The position numbers and the translations under genes were made by a program. Positions 27,801 to 42,800 of a stretch of DNA of 64,000 nucleotides are shown here, one piece after another. This stretch comes from Mytilus trossulus. Its lineage: Eukaryota. The stretch covers positions 54,374,001-54,438,000 of the forward strand of contig NC_086382.1 in NCBI RefSeq assembly GCF_036588685.1. The letters are read 5' to 3'. Within the stretch, counting starts at the first letter, position 1, and each line of letters starts with the position of its first letter. The notes under the pieces are model-generated. The model saw only the letters and a program-made list of their open reading frames with translations, was not told the DNA's origin and searched no databases.

Positions 27801-30800
27801 ACTGGTACAGAAAAGTATATATATATATATGAACTAATTGATGATATATTTAACTAAAACAGTGTATATATGTGATATGTTTCATTATAAGTGATCCCAC
27901 CATTTCTGACAAGGTCTTATGTGCTACACTATGACGTTTCTGAAGGTTGCTTTTATCTGATACATTTTTCATGGACAAAAAGCCTTTCGAAGCAGAATAT
28001 ATGTATTCCTGTAAAATGTAAAATGCTGTGTTAATGCTGGTAACTGAAATTACACATGTGCTTAAAAAATTAAAATAATACAAAAATATTGGATAAAGGA
28101 CTGTATATGATTGGTTGTTTTATATGATACAAAATCTTGTGGAGATAAAATTCTACAGAAAGAAGTGGTGACTTGTACCTTTCTAGTAGCCAGTAGATTA
28201 GCCACAGCCAGTAAACCATTCATAACTCTCTGTACCAGCTTCTGAAGTTCTCCTACTTTCTCTTGTACTCTGTCTAACATTACATCTCTAAACTCATGTG
28301 GTGGCTATAAACAAATAAAACGGCCAATGATCATTACATTGTTATGCATTCATAAAAACTACATTCATAATATGTACAAATTATCTCCAGCGATCGATTG
28401 AGAAAAAGATTTTTTACTGCTTCAGGACTAGAAAAAACTTACCCATTAATCTACAACATGCTATCTAAACATAATAATAATAGTTCTTGTGAAATAGCAA
28501 AAAAATAACAATTCTAAATTCATAATTCAAATATATATTGTTGTTATATATATTATATTCAAGATTTGTATTTGTGAAAAATGATTGTCAGAACATGATT
28601 ATTTTTCTAACCCCCTCTCCTTCCCTTAATAATCAAAAGATATGCCTACCCATGGTCTGGTAATAGCTTCTTCATAATCAAACAAATAGAAATTCTTGAT
28701 GGCCTCTAGTGATCCAGCCACATCATTCTCCATTATGTCTTGAACTTTGGTACTTCTCTCCTTTAACCGGTTTGTAGCAGAATGGATCTGATGTAAAAAG
28801 GCATCTGAAAATAAAAAAAACAATTTATAAATTGATTTGAAATTATAAAAATTCTGTCATTTGCTTACATATTCTATGAAAAAAAATTTGTAGAATAGAT
28901 AATATGGAATGGTAATATATGGACGCATGAGGATACCAAATTCAGCAAATTCTGTTATTATGTTCATATTAAAAAATATAAAATTACCTATATTCATGCT
29001 ATTCCATGCGAGAGTTGTTAGTCCAGGTTGTAACTGCTCCTCAACAAACTTAGTATGAGGAGTAAATAAATTCTGGAGAGATTCTGGAATACACTTGCAT
29101 GTTTCCTTATACTCATGTAAAACTAGTTCTAAATGACTCTTATAACTTTTGAAGCGTGACTCTTGTTGCATAATGGCAGTAGCAGAGTCTGGAATTTGAA
29201 TACCTAGTCTTGTTAACCATTTAGCCTCATGGATCAGCTCAAGTACTCTGAAAAATATTATATATTCAAATGTATATATAGCTTAAAACATATCAGGTAC
29301 ACAATACTTATCCTTTCATACATCTTAAACATATAGTTTTAAGGCAAAATAACAGATATAATTTCTTAACAATCCAAGATTTATTCTGTCTCAACTATTT
29401 TCTGTACATAATGCAGTTGTATAGTGATTTTCTGTTACAACAGATTGGTATCTGTTACTCAGAATGTTTCTTGAAATATATGTAAATCTTAGAAAACTTT
29501 TGGTCTAGCAAAACCCTTTCAACAAGGCTACCTTAACTTGTTATCTACATGGTAAATAAAATTTAGATAATATAGATTTTATATTTGCAATTTATTTGTG
29601 TTCATATAAGACACTTGTAACTTTTGAAGTGTGAATTATTTAAGAAAAACCTCTGTAATCATCATTGTGGTGTACTTAACCTACCTTTCATCAGTATTGA
29701 CCAGGATTTCTCCTGTATTTGGATGATTTATAAACAATGTAGCTCTAAGTCCGGCCTTGGCATGTTCAATTCTGTTCTTCCACTGAGCAAACCATAAACT
29801 CTCAAATGTCACTAAAGCAGTGGCAAGTCTGTTGTATATTTTGACTATTCTACTGAAGTCTCCTAACTGATTGATTGCTCTGTTATCACGGAACACTTTC
29901 ATTGGATCCTCAATCCTCTTCAGAAGTTGACGGGACCAGTGGATAGCACCAGCTGCAGGAGGTGCATTCCTCACCATCTGTGGACTTTCCTGTAGAAATT
30001 AAAAACAGACACAAGTTCAGTTATTTATCTCAAATATTTGTAATTTCAGAATCAAAATAAAAAGAGTGATGTCATCTTTTCTTCAGAATGAATAAATTGT
30101 AGTGAGATTCAAACAATTCATGTAACACAGGTTCTAAATCATTCTTATTAACTAAGTATGGTTCAGAACTTGATGATAAATTTCTTTCTTTCGCTATCTT
30201 CATAATTGTAGCCTATATCTCATCAGTTATAGGTTAGCTCATCCATGTACAATAATATATTACAAGTGCTGCATTTCTCATAGAAAGTATAATAAAAACA
30301 TAAAAATGATTTTTCTTTCATTTCAATGTAACTTTAGTTATAATGTCAAATGAAAATGATCTTAGTATTGTAAAATCGTAATAATAATAAAAGCAGGATA
30401 TATTTATCAACTGATCCTTTATATTACCATTTTTCATAACTAAAAAAATTTATACCTTGTGTGTTTCATAAATTCTCTGTACTTCCTCCAGATCAGTTTC
30501 ATACCAATTGAATATCTCTACAAACTTCTCTGCTATAGTGGTTCTTATCCCTGGCCTACCTTGTACTGGTCCAAATCTAAAAAAGTAAAAAACTGTGTTA
30601 TTGAGCTTACAAAAATAAACATTGAAATAAGTTGTCATATGAAACAATTGCTTGTTTTGCAGATTTCATAAGGTGATTGCTTATACAATTGTAAGTATCA
30701 AAATGGTCAATTTCAACATTTTTTATTGCCTTTTAAAAAGGATGATGAATATAAATATTGCTATAAATATTATATTTTTCAGTTAATAATGTGTTTCTGG

Positions 30801-33800
30801 GTCAAACGTTTCATCCGACTTTTCTTCTTGTAAACCACTTCTTACAAAGCATATTTTATTCTTTCACTAAACATTTGTATTTAAAAACAAGAATGTGTCC
30901 AAAGTACATGGATGCCCCACTCGCACTATCATTTTCCATGTTCAATGGACCATGAAATTGGATAAAAAATATAATTAGGAATTAAAATAAGAAAGATAAT
31001 ATCATAAGGAACATGTGTACTAAGTTGCAAGTTGATTGGACTTCAACTTCATCAAAAACTACCTTGACCAAAAACTTTAACCTGAAACATGCACTTTCAT
31101 TTTCTATGTTCAGTGGACCGTGAAATTGGGGTCAAGAGTTTAATTTGGCTTTAAAATTAGAAAGATCATATCATAAGAAACATGTGTACTAAGTTTCAAG
31201 TTGATTGGACTTCAACTTGACCAAAATCTTTAACCTGAAGAGGGACAGACGGAAAAACAAACGAACAGACAGACAGATAGACGGACGAACGGACACACAG
31301 ACCAGAAAACATAATGCCCCGCTACTATCGTAGGTGGGGCATAAAAAATACACTCATGATTTTATAACTTATTGCATTAACTCTGCATTACCTTGTAATT
31401 ATATCAAGTCCTTGTTGTGTTTTCATTTTTCTCATGAAGATAACATTAAGATAGGCAGAGAGTAATTTTTCTTGTTCCTGAACAATCTCAGCAAAGTTAT
31501 TGTAGTACATATCAAATCTATCTCTATCCTGTAAAATGAATATATATCATATTAATTCTTCATAAAACAGGTCAAAATCAAAACATTTAAATTATGTCCT
31601 AGTTTTTTAATATCAATTTTTTTAATTGTAATTGTTAAATATGCTGCTAACTAATTACTGACAGCATGTTATTGAGAAAATATGTATTTGCCATTGTTTT
31701 ATCTTGAAGAATGTATAGCATTACATTACGGTTAATAGAAGTTAATTTTATGCATTTAAACAAAAGATTTATTATTTTTAAATGAGTGCAATTGAATCAA
31801 AAACTGATTCTATTGTACACAGTTACCAAAAATGCAATCATTATAAGGATTAACAAATTTTCAAAAAAATATGTAAAGTTATGTTTTTTTTATATGAAGT
31901 AAAAAAGATTAACAGTTCAAACATATATACCAAGAAAACAAAATATCATTCAACAAGAATTCAAGAGAAAAAAGAACATGAAACAATAAAAAAGTTTAAA
32001 TCAATAGTCAACTGACATCAACAAATATAAAGAATGCATAAACTTTTGAATTCACAGTAACATCTTTGCAGGACCAGCCTTAAGTTATATCTTTTTGCTG
32101 AACCCAATAGTTGCATTCAGTTGTTAAATTGTGTTGATCAGGTAAAATATCTATCCTTAAAAAATTTGAAATACTAAATGCAAAAAAAAACAACAACAAA
32201 AACGGTAATATAAATTGTGTGTTTTGATTTTTTTTTCTGTTTTAAGACAGTAAGCTAACATACACAATTTTAGATTTGTTCCTTATGTGATCCTTGATTT
32301 CTATTAAAAGAAACTCCATAAAATTCTGTAAAATATTACTCTGAATTCCACATAAAAACATTTAATCAACTGATACCGAATGTTCCTCTATTTCTTCTTG
32401 GTCATCACCATTAAAATTAGTCTGCCGTCTTTTCTTAAAGAACTTAGTTATACTGTCCCCATAGAAATGCTGTCAAAAATCACCCATCAAATGAATGTTG
32501 TTACTTTAAAATAATAATAATAAACAGTTTTCTTCTTTGTTCTTGTATTTTACCTTCAACCTTCAAAAATTTATCCAAAATGTCTTTAAAACTTACTATA
32601 GATATCTCAAATGCAGCCACGTTAAAATCATAACTTTTTGGTAAAAATCTAAGGAAGCCATGTTCCTTGTTGTTAAAATGTATGTTCTTACCTTTGATTC
32701 TACATCTAACATTGTTTTGGTGGTAACATTATCAGACATAGCCCTCGTCATCTGATCGAGATGATCCAAAATAACAGCTGACACACCAGGTCCATCATCC
32801 TCCTCATCCTCTGGGTAATATTTCCCTAGAGAAAAAGAAATAATAATGAGTTTTTAAAAAGAATTAAAAATGTAGTTCATTTAAGTCAAAACAATTATAT
32901 ACAATGGGAGTTGAGCACGATCTTCTTACTCTATCGTAGCACATGAGATCCTTTTATTTTTGGTAGAACTAGTGCTGCTCAGATTTAGTTTTTTAAGGGT
33001 TTTCATTCTGTTTGTCATCAGCTTATGAACTTGAATATACCTTTGGTATCTTCAGCTCTCTTTTAAAATTTGTAACCTTCTAAAAACTATAATCTTTTTT
33101 GTTAGAATTGGCTTATTGACCTTTTTGGTAAATGGTTACCACTGTAAGACCAGTATTCTTACATGTGTTCATGTTTCATGTTACAGTAGAGAACAATAAA
33201 CAATATTGGTATCTTAAGGGCATATGATACAGTTTTGATCCTGTATTTACAAGTTCGTGAAAATTTGCATATAGGCTATTTTTTACCTGATTAAATCAAA
33301 TATGTAATAAAAAATATACCTTTGTGTGCTACTTTTTGAGTAAAATGAGGTCGAAATTTTGTATATTTGCTCAAAATTCAGATTTGTGGCAGTAATTTCT
33401 TTTTCAAAGAAATTCATAACTTTTTTGTTATAAAAGATAAACACAAATTGTTTTTTGTTAAATAATCGGTAATTTCTATATGTTTTAAGTATCCTAAAAA
33501 ATCATGCATTTTTTATTCAGAAATAACTTGTATTTATCAAATGTTCATGAATTTAGGAAAATACGTCATTTTTTGCTGCATGTTTATCAAAATTAAAAAA
33601 AATCCTCTATTTACAGTTTTATAAAATTTGGGTCACATAATCTCCCTGCAAAATGAAACAAATTGCTATTTTGAAAAATTGGGGTCCATGAACTCGTTTT
33701 CAAATTAAATCAGTTTGAATGATAAAAATCAGTCGAAAAATGCATCTTTTTTCGATATGTCACAGTTTGACGTCACAAAAATGACATTTTACGTTAGCAA

Positions 33801-36800
33801 CGTCATTACCTCCCCTGTAACTGTATCGTACGCCCTTAACACTGATAGAAGGATAACAGTATTAAAGAAATAGGCAGAGCAGAAATCACCAACAAATAAT
33901 ACAAGTCATATCTAATTTTTATCAGTTTAGAAGTTTGAAAGAAAATTTAAAAAAAGGCTGTATGCACAGGACAACAGAAGAAAAAGTAAACGGAATAGCG
34001 GACATTAATTGTTTACTGTACACATGAGAATAATTGGAATATTCCCTAAGAAGCAATAAAGACACATACTCAATACAGCCAACTGTTCTTCATTAAGTCC
34101 TTGATTGTTCTCTTTATCTTTAGAATCAAACACTTCATCATTTTTAGCTACTACTCCTTCATCCTTCCTGAGATCTGTTTTTGATCCTCCTTCAGAATTG
34201 GGAGTATCTTCATCCTCAGCTATGGTCCCTAGACTCCTCTCAAGGGAGTTCTCAGCATTCATTGCTTCTTCCTGTTCTGCAGCTTCTCTCTCTGAAAATA
34301 GGCAGTAAATAAATTGTTTATAGAATTATTATGCTGTGTGGTGCTTTTCATTTGGTTCCCTGTGTAAATATGCATAATACATTGGTTTTTTTTCTGTAAT
34401 CCTGATATTCACTCCTTGCTACAAAATATGGAAGCTGAGAAAAATGCACTAATGAAATGGTTTAAATAAATACAAATAAATGTTGAGGATTCTATTTTTC
34501 GTAAATAAAATATATTGTACTATTGACACAATGCTGTCATTTAAAGCTGATAAAAGCAACAGAAACATAACAAAACTTGAAAAAAAAAAAAAGTTCATCC
34601 ATCTTTATTCTGGATTCAGGTTCATCAAGATTTTCATACCCCAAAATTTGAAGACCAAGAATGTTTAAATTTAAAAGTATGTGAAGAGTTATATGATCAA
34701 AAGGAGCATTATTTAACTGTCAAAGAAAGTAAAATTGATCATCTGAGATCATCTCTTAAAGTTACGAATGCAGGAAAAAAATTCAAACCTAATGCTTTTC
34801 TGGCTTCTAGTTGTCGCTTTCTATATTTATATTCTTCTTTTTCTGTTTCATCTTCAAATACAAAATCATCTTTCCTCAGTCTAGGCATACCAGCTGTCAA
34901 AGTCACCATCCTTTAAAAAACAAACATAATATGGATTTAAAACACTTAAGCCTTATAAAATGCTTTATTAAATTTAATCGAAAGAATAAAACAATACAAA
35001 CTGTATTCAGGTGTGAATGGAATAACAAAAGCATAAACTATGACAAATCAAAGTTTATAATTAAATATCAAATTTCCATATAGTATAGCAGTGCAGGGTT
35101 CAAAATAAGCGTTATCCCGCTTGCACGAGGCAAGTAAAATCTGCAGCGGGCAAGTGAAACCCATCACATAGTTGTCCGCCGGGCAAGTTGAAATATTGTG
35201 TTTGTGTTTCATTCTATCATGTCAATTAATATAATTATATAATTCTTATATCATTTGCATATCTATAAATACTTGAATTGGATTGGTCAAGTAGAATTTT
35301 TCTCTTGGTTTACACCTCGATAAACCATACTTCCGAAACTACTTTTGTAATCTATTCATGCGCGATACACATTCTTGTAGGGATACTGGGATTTTCAGCA
35401 AGTTGAGATTTTAAAACAATTGCATAACAGTTGTTTCTATTCTAATGCATATATATATAACCCCAAAAAAAAAAAAAATTAAATGCACTAAAGCTTCGAA
35501 AATGTATAAAAATAAAATTTAAATAAAATTCTGGGAAATTTCACGAATGATTTGGCTAATTTACGTCATGGCAAAACACGACGTCATACAATTGAAAACT
35601 TTCAGATGGAAGATTATTTCGTTACTTGTGCGCTTCAAATTCAGATAGTATCTAATTAAAATGAAGTTTTTGAGGTAGGTGCTAGATCATTTTAGATTCT
35701 GTTGCATTTATCGAACATTTAAGTTTTGAAGAAAGTCAAGATGGCGGCGTACTCCTTAGTTAGGACATGCCATTGTACTTCTGATGGTCCATATAGTAGC
35801 CATCAAAATAATACTGTAAATTAATAATCGCGTTTGTTTTGCTGAAGAATTATAAGGATTAAACACATTTTTTCTAGAGGTTATTGAAGTGTAAACCGGG
35901 TCTCTAACTCACAAACTTGACATAAAAGTCCTTCGGACTTTTATTCAGTTTGTGAGTTAACCGCCCCGGTTTACACATCAATAACCTCTAGAAAAAATGT
36001 GTTTAATCCTATAATATGCAATAGGTCTCAACCATTTATTGTTAATGAATTTGTGCCAATAAAAGGGTATTTGTATTTGTATTTGTATAACTATGTCAGA
36101 CGTAATTTTCTACGATGTACAGTGTGTATTATTGTATTACTATTTTCGTCGTCTTTATTTATTTCATATGCACATGCCAGGAAAATCGTAAACATCGTAG
36201 TTTATCCCAAATAATTCTATTGGTCAATTCCTATGCGTAAGCCAGCATTTTAGAATGTTCAGTCGCACCTGCTCGGGGATTTCCGCTACTAATTGTGAAA
36301 GGAAGTCGATACAACGATCCAATCAGAACGCGTTTTGCAAACAACTTTTGGGTTGATTTAAAAATGAAAGTAGAAAGAAAACAATGACCTTAGTGTGAAA
36401 CCCTGGGTAAAATGGAACATTTTTTAGTAAATTATGTCCCCCTTTAAAAAAACTTATATGCAATTTTCTTCCACATATGTTGTTTTAGTATGAAAATTTG
36501 AGATAAGATTTCACTTTTGACATTTTTAACATTTCTGCAATGGATGAAGCATATTTTTTACAGGAAATTTGACAATTGGGTCAGTTTCTACATGTACATC
36601 TGAAATTTTTTTTTGTCACTTTTTTTGTAAAAGTAAAAGTTTTTGTTTAAAAAAGGGTGTATGGAAACTTGAAATCATCTGCCAGGAGAGGTCTAGAATG
36701 CAGGATTTGGCACCATTTACTCCATACCCCCCGCCGTAAGCTCTTCGTTGTGGGCGGCTTTGCCGTCCCCATAAGTAGGGTAAATTAACAGAAACAAGGG

Positions 36801-39800
36801 CAAGTTAATCTAGTCAATGGTCTTTTCTTATTTCGACCCCTGCAGTGTTTTCAGAGGAAGGGGATTACTTTTTTTCTTACCATGAATTACATTTGTTTAA
36901 ATATTTCTTATTTATATATATTTAAATGTTATACATTTTCATCCCTCCTTGTTTCTGCACGGTGTTTTGTGTATGTAAATCATCCAATAACTTACATAAT
37001 TGTACTGAGACAGGGAAATGGTGACATATATCAGCTATTTTATGTATGCAAATGATTTCCTGTATAACTTACTTATTGTACTGAGACAGGGTATTGATAA
37101 CATCAATCAGCTGTTTTATGCGTGTACAGAATGAATCCATATGTGACATTACAGCATCATCATCAGCTATAGACACACCATGACCTTGGGTATCTAGAGA
37201 AGATATTCCTTTCTTTGGTGATACCATTAAACTACTTCCACGAGATTTATCACTTGTACCTGGTTTTGATCTGAAATAAATTCATAATGAATAGCATAAA
37301 ATAAAGTTCCATAAACGTATAATTTTTCTTAATCCTGAAAAAGTAAGCATGTTTTGTTTTTAAAATGCTTATCCACATGTCATTGACTTGAAAAACAATC
37401 AAATGGAGTAAAAAAAAATTACTGCAGCTCAATACTTCATCTTGTAAGTGAGGCTGATACCAAGAAATTGTGATTGTTTTGTTATGTTCTATTAAAATTG
37501 AAACATGTACCTCAAACCTCAATCAAATGCTTAGATTAAATACATGAATGATCAAATATGAATATGTTAAAGACTGTACTTTTATAACCTATAATGGTTT
37601 GAAATGGAGAGTTTTTTCATTGACACCCATACCCATGTTCTTATATATGAATAATAACTTACTTAACAGACCCCAGACCTCCCATACTACTGATGGATGG
37701 AAAGTGTGACAGGTTCTGTGATTGTCCTAGAGCATCTTTTAGTGAGCGAAGTGTGTCTCTATAAAAGCCTTGTAATGACAGACATGCCCTCAGACGACCA
37801 TACAAACTATCATCTTGTAGTCCTAGATCTTTTCCTTCTTTGGTTTTACTTCGCTGTATACCTCCCTAAAGAACAAAATTAAGATATACAAAAATTTCAA
37901 ATAAATTCATTCATTTGCATTATAAGTCTAATTTTTAAAATATGAAAAATGTGTTGGTTTTCCTGCTTGAATTATTCTAAACTTTTTATTTTATGCCCTT
38001 TATTGCATGCTGTATGGTGTGAGCAAGGATTCTGTGTTGGAATGGAAACTTCGACCTATAATTGTTAACTTTTATGCATTGTTACTAGGATGGAGAGTTT
38101 CCTCATTGGAACTCATACCACATCTTCTAATTTATAATGATTTTTAAGATACATTTCTTAACTTTTGCATTCTTCTTCTACTTTTTTTTACAATAGGCCT
38201 CGCAGAAACTGCTCAATCAATGATTTGTCCACAACTGTACTTTATAGGAAATCTACAAATAGCATTCTTACACTTAAGATTTAAACCAAATACAAAGAAC
38301 ATATTGTAAAATGTAAAGTACTTTTCCCCACTTACAAAATGTAATTGGACAACTGACATTATATTTCTTAGCATAGTAAAACTGTACCTTTAGTTTTGAT
38401 TCCACTTGACTCCTCAGTAATCTTTGTTGTGGGTCAACAGTTGATAGAAGTTCTCTGTTTTTGATTTCCTCTGCTATCCTGACCCAAAGTTCATCTTCAT
38501 CATATACATTACTGGTGAAATTTCTAATATATTCTTTACACGCTAATACTAACTGGTTGGTTATTTTTGTAAATACTATACCAAGGAACCCTGTTCTGGC
38601 ATAGTACCTGGAAATGGAATCCATCTGTCGAACACTGTTTGTGATCCCTGGGATAGCATTGTTTATAATGGATGCAGGTGTAGCATCATGGTATAGCTGA
38701 TCAAAATGACGTCTCAGGGATTCCAAATACTTTACTTTGTCTTTGGTATCATTCATGGCATCTGTAATTCTGTAAAATTCAACAAAAATGTTAACATTTT
38801 ATTTTTTCCTTTCTGACAACAATAGAACATATTATTTTTTTTAAATATGTAGGTTTTATTAATATTTCCAACTAAATGTCTAATTCAATGCTTTTAAGAG
38901 CTGTTAGTTTAAGATACAATTTTAGTACTGAACATACCAATATATCTTACAAAATATATTTATGGTTTTGTTTTTTCTCAAAAGAATCACTGTTTTGTAT
39001 TTTTTCTTCAATACTGGCTGGCAATTGCATTGGTTGTCAAGATATACTTGTAGACTATTAAACTTAATTTTTCAAGTGACTAATGGATACCAAAAATAAA
39101 TTCTTTAAGATTGAATATATATTTTGTAAAAATAATTGAAGTTTATCTACAACAAAAATAACATACAAAAGTCATATATGCACTGAATGATCAAACTTAA
39201 AAAGTTTTTTAAATACTTACGAAGCATCAACAACTTTCCATTTCTTGAGCAGTCTAGATTTGGCAGTGATAAGTACACCAATAACAGCTTTACATTCCTT
39301 ACTCTTAAGCTGCTCTGTAATACTGGTCAACAACCTCTGACGTCTACGCCATCTTTCCAACTCAGATAGAGGTCCAGCATTTGGGTCCATAAATCTAAAA
39401 TATTCATTCTTGAAAATTATTTCTATTCCATGTTTTGAAAAAATGCTAGAAAAGATTTTATTTAAGGTTTCGGATTTGCATTTGTGGCAAACAATTGCAG
39501 CACATGCTCTATTAAGTCATCAAGGTCAATATATAATTTCAATGTCAACATTATATGACAATGGATTACTTATCTTACTGGCATTGCCATGATGGGTTAT
39601 TGGACATCAAGTTAGTTTTGAAAACTGGGACCAATCTAAAGAAGCCCCTTATTATTAGGATTTTAAAAAACTTTGATTAATGGTACAAATAAAAATCCCA
39701 AACAAACTTTTGACGCTAAGTTGTTATAAAATTCAGAGAACATTGGAAGCAGATCAAAATGCCATTAATATCTAGAATATCTGGCAAACCATCTACCCAA

Positions 39801-42800
39801 AAATTCAAATAAATCAAGGCAAACAATCAAGAAACTAAACATTTGGTGAATCAAATTAAATAATATAAGATGAATATCAAAAAATAAAATACAGTCAAAT
39901 CAATAATCAAAGAAAAATAAACAAATGATTTTTTAACCAAAACACTAGAATCTAATTACATCGCTTCTAAATATTCAACCCAAAAGAACTAAAACTGCAC
40001 CACATTTCACAATAAAATAAAAAAAATTTGAAGGGGGAATTACTTTCAATATTTTAGCATGGCTAAACTGAGGTAAAACTAATCATTGTGTCTAAATTAA
40101 CTACCACTCAATAATGACAGAATCTTATTCTAGAACCAGATTTATAAAATGTTCAAGATCTATTATAACATGAAATATTTTTTTATTTGAAAATATCTTG
40201 AAGTATAGTGAGATTTTGTAGATACAAAATTTATCATGAAAGAAATCTTAATATAAATGTCAGCACAAATTAACAAAGATGAATTACATGTACATGTATA
40301 TATATATATAAAAAGTACATTTTAAGTGTTCATAAACTCTGATCTACTCTTATGCAATAATGAAAATAGTAGTTTGATAAGTTGGAACTTCTATTCCATA
40401 AAATTTTACTCCCACTTGAATCAACCCTTTCTCCAATATTAAAACATGGTATAAATCTGGCTAGGGCATTGTCATTCTACAAGGGAATCAAAATAATTCT
40501 ACAAATCTTCACCCTAGTCTTACCTCTCTTCAAAATAACTTAGGTCCACAAATAATGATTCTCCACTTAAAAACACAATAGTAAATGGGATAAAAATCTT
40601 ACCAAATGAGAATTATCACAAATGTCAACAAGAGTGTACATGTATGTCCTACATGTATGTAACACATATCATGTTAAGTAAAAAAAAACTACTACAAAGC
40701 ATTGCTCAACACTGGTTAACCTAGCTCTCCACCTAGCATAAAAACCTTAATCATTATGTTAATCACTTTTCAAGTCAGATCATAAAAAATATGCATGGTT
40801 AGACACACAAAATAGTTTTCAAATCTAATGAAAAATGTTCACAATTTTCAGTTACACAGTTTTTCTTAAGCAGAAATGTTCCAAATGCCTATTTTTTAGA
40901 TAAATTACTACTTCAATCTTCATTATTTAGAGATTTAATTATTATGTCAAAAGAAATATACAAGATAACTGTCATTTTAATTAATTCAGAATGGTAAACT
41001 TTAGAAGATTATTTTTCAATCTATACTAGGCATTTTATATATACAGCAATTAAATTATAATATTATCTTTTCTAGTCACACCAAAACAGCAACTCGCCCC
41101 ATCACATATAAGTACCATAAACATTCCAACCTTAAATTGATCCAGCTGTCTGCATCATTTCTTGTATTTGTTTTACTATTATCAGTGTAAAGAGAAAGGA
41201 TCAAATCTACATCAATCAATGATCAAAGTCAAAATCTCATTTAAGGTGGTACCTAACACTACAGGGAGATAACTCTGTAAAATCAGCTAAACGTTTTAAT
41301 AACGTTGTGTTGTTAAGGGAATATAAAGCTTCTCAATGATCAAAATTGGTGTTTGTCAAATTGCTATATAACCAGTGTAATTTTTCTGACAAAACGGTTG
41401 GTTCAAAATTTTTGAAATTTTTATATTTTTGTTATAGGGTAAAAGTAAATACTTTGGCAAAATTTTATGAAAATTAAACGAGCCAAATAAATTTGAGTAA
41501 AAGTGTTGGGTACCACCTTAAATGTTTGAAATAATTCATCAGAATACTTTTCTTTATTTTCTTTGGTTACATCTTCTGACATCAGACTCAGACTTCTCTT
41601 GAACTGAATTTTAATGTGCGTATTGTTATGCGTTTACTTTTCTGCATTGGCTAGATGTATAGGGGTAGGGTTGAGATCTCACAAGCATGTTTAACCCCGC
41701 CGTATTTTTGCACCTGTCCCCAGTCAGGCCTCTGGCCTTTGTTAGTCATGTATCATTTTAACTTTTAGTTTCTTGTGCACAATTTGAAGTTTAGTATGGC
41801 GTTCATTATCACTGAACTAGTATGTATTTGTTATTAAGGACGCCTCCGTGTCCAAGAAATTCTCCTTGCATTGAAGACCTGTTGGTGACCTTCCGCTGTT
41901 GTCTACTCTATGGTCAGGTTGTTGTCTCTTTGGCACATTCCCCATTTCCATACTCAATTTTATTCTTTCCTATATAAGTACTGACATATATCAAATAATA
42001 CAGATTACAAGTACATTATATACTACAGGGAGGGCAGTGCTGTCTCAGGAATCTAAAACTAAAGGGGTTAAGGTATATGGTCTTCGATAGTTTTAGTTCA
42101 GAAGACAATTCTACAAAATTATCATTTCATAGGTGAAGATTGTGTTTTTTACACATATTTATATAATGTAAACACTTCTACCTATTTGTAACAGGACATT
42201 ACATTTTCATACATGTATAAACAATACATAATATCAGTAAAAATATATTCAGCACAATCAATGTCATATTTATTAATACAGCTTATATATGTATAATAAA
42301 TATGTTGATAAGCAAAATGTACATGTGAATTATTATATTTTAGTTAAATTTTGATGGGATTTCATGTCCTATGGTAGAAATCGAAATGGTCACATCTTAT
42401 ATACTTTTCTCATTTTCTGACAAAAAGGTAAATTTTCAAAAAAGTATATTGCTACATTTTATATCAATTTTTACAAATAATTTTCTTTTAAATAATTAAT
42501 AAATGTACCTGTAAGTGCAATAAAGAGATCAAAAGATAACAGGCTATGAAAAATATTTTGAATAAAAACAATAATATGCAATTGACCGAATTAAAAAAAA
42601 ATACAACTTTTATGAATGGCTGTTATATGAATACAGATAGATTGAATGCTCTTCTTTAACTTCACATAATTAATTTTTTACAAAAAAAGTTTACCCCAAA
42701 CAAGGGCTTGAAGGCTGATTTTTAATCTTGTTTGTTTCTTGCTAATAATGAATTAAGAAACCTGAGAACATTTTTTGTACTAATATTCTACCATTTGGTG

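Noticed and set aside
32554-32595. 42-nt AG..GT segment on the minus strand
   Set aside because: Open as phase 1-1, but the host intron is phase 0, where it begins with a stop codon.
40721-40732. 12-nt phase-compatible micro-exon candidate
   Set aside because: Too short to distinguish from chance by eye.
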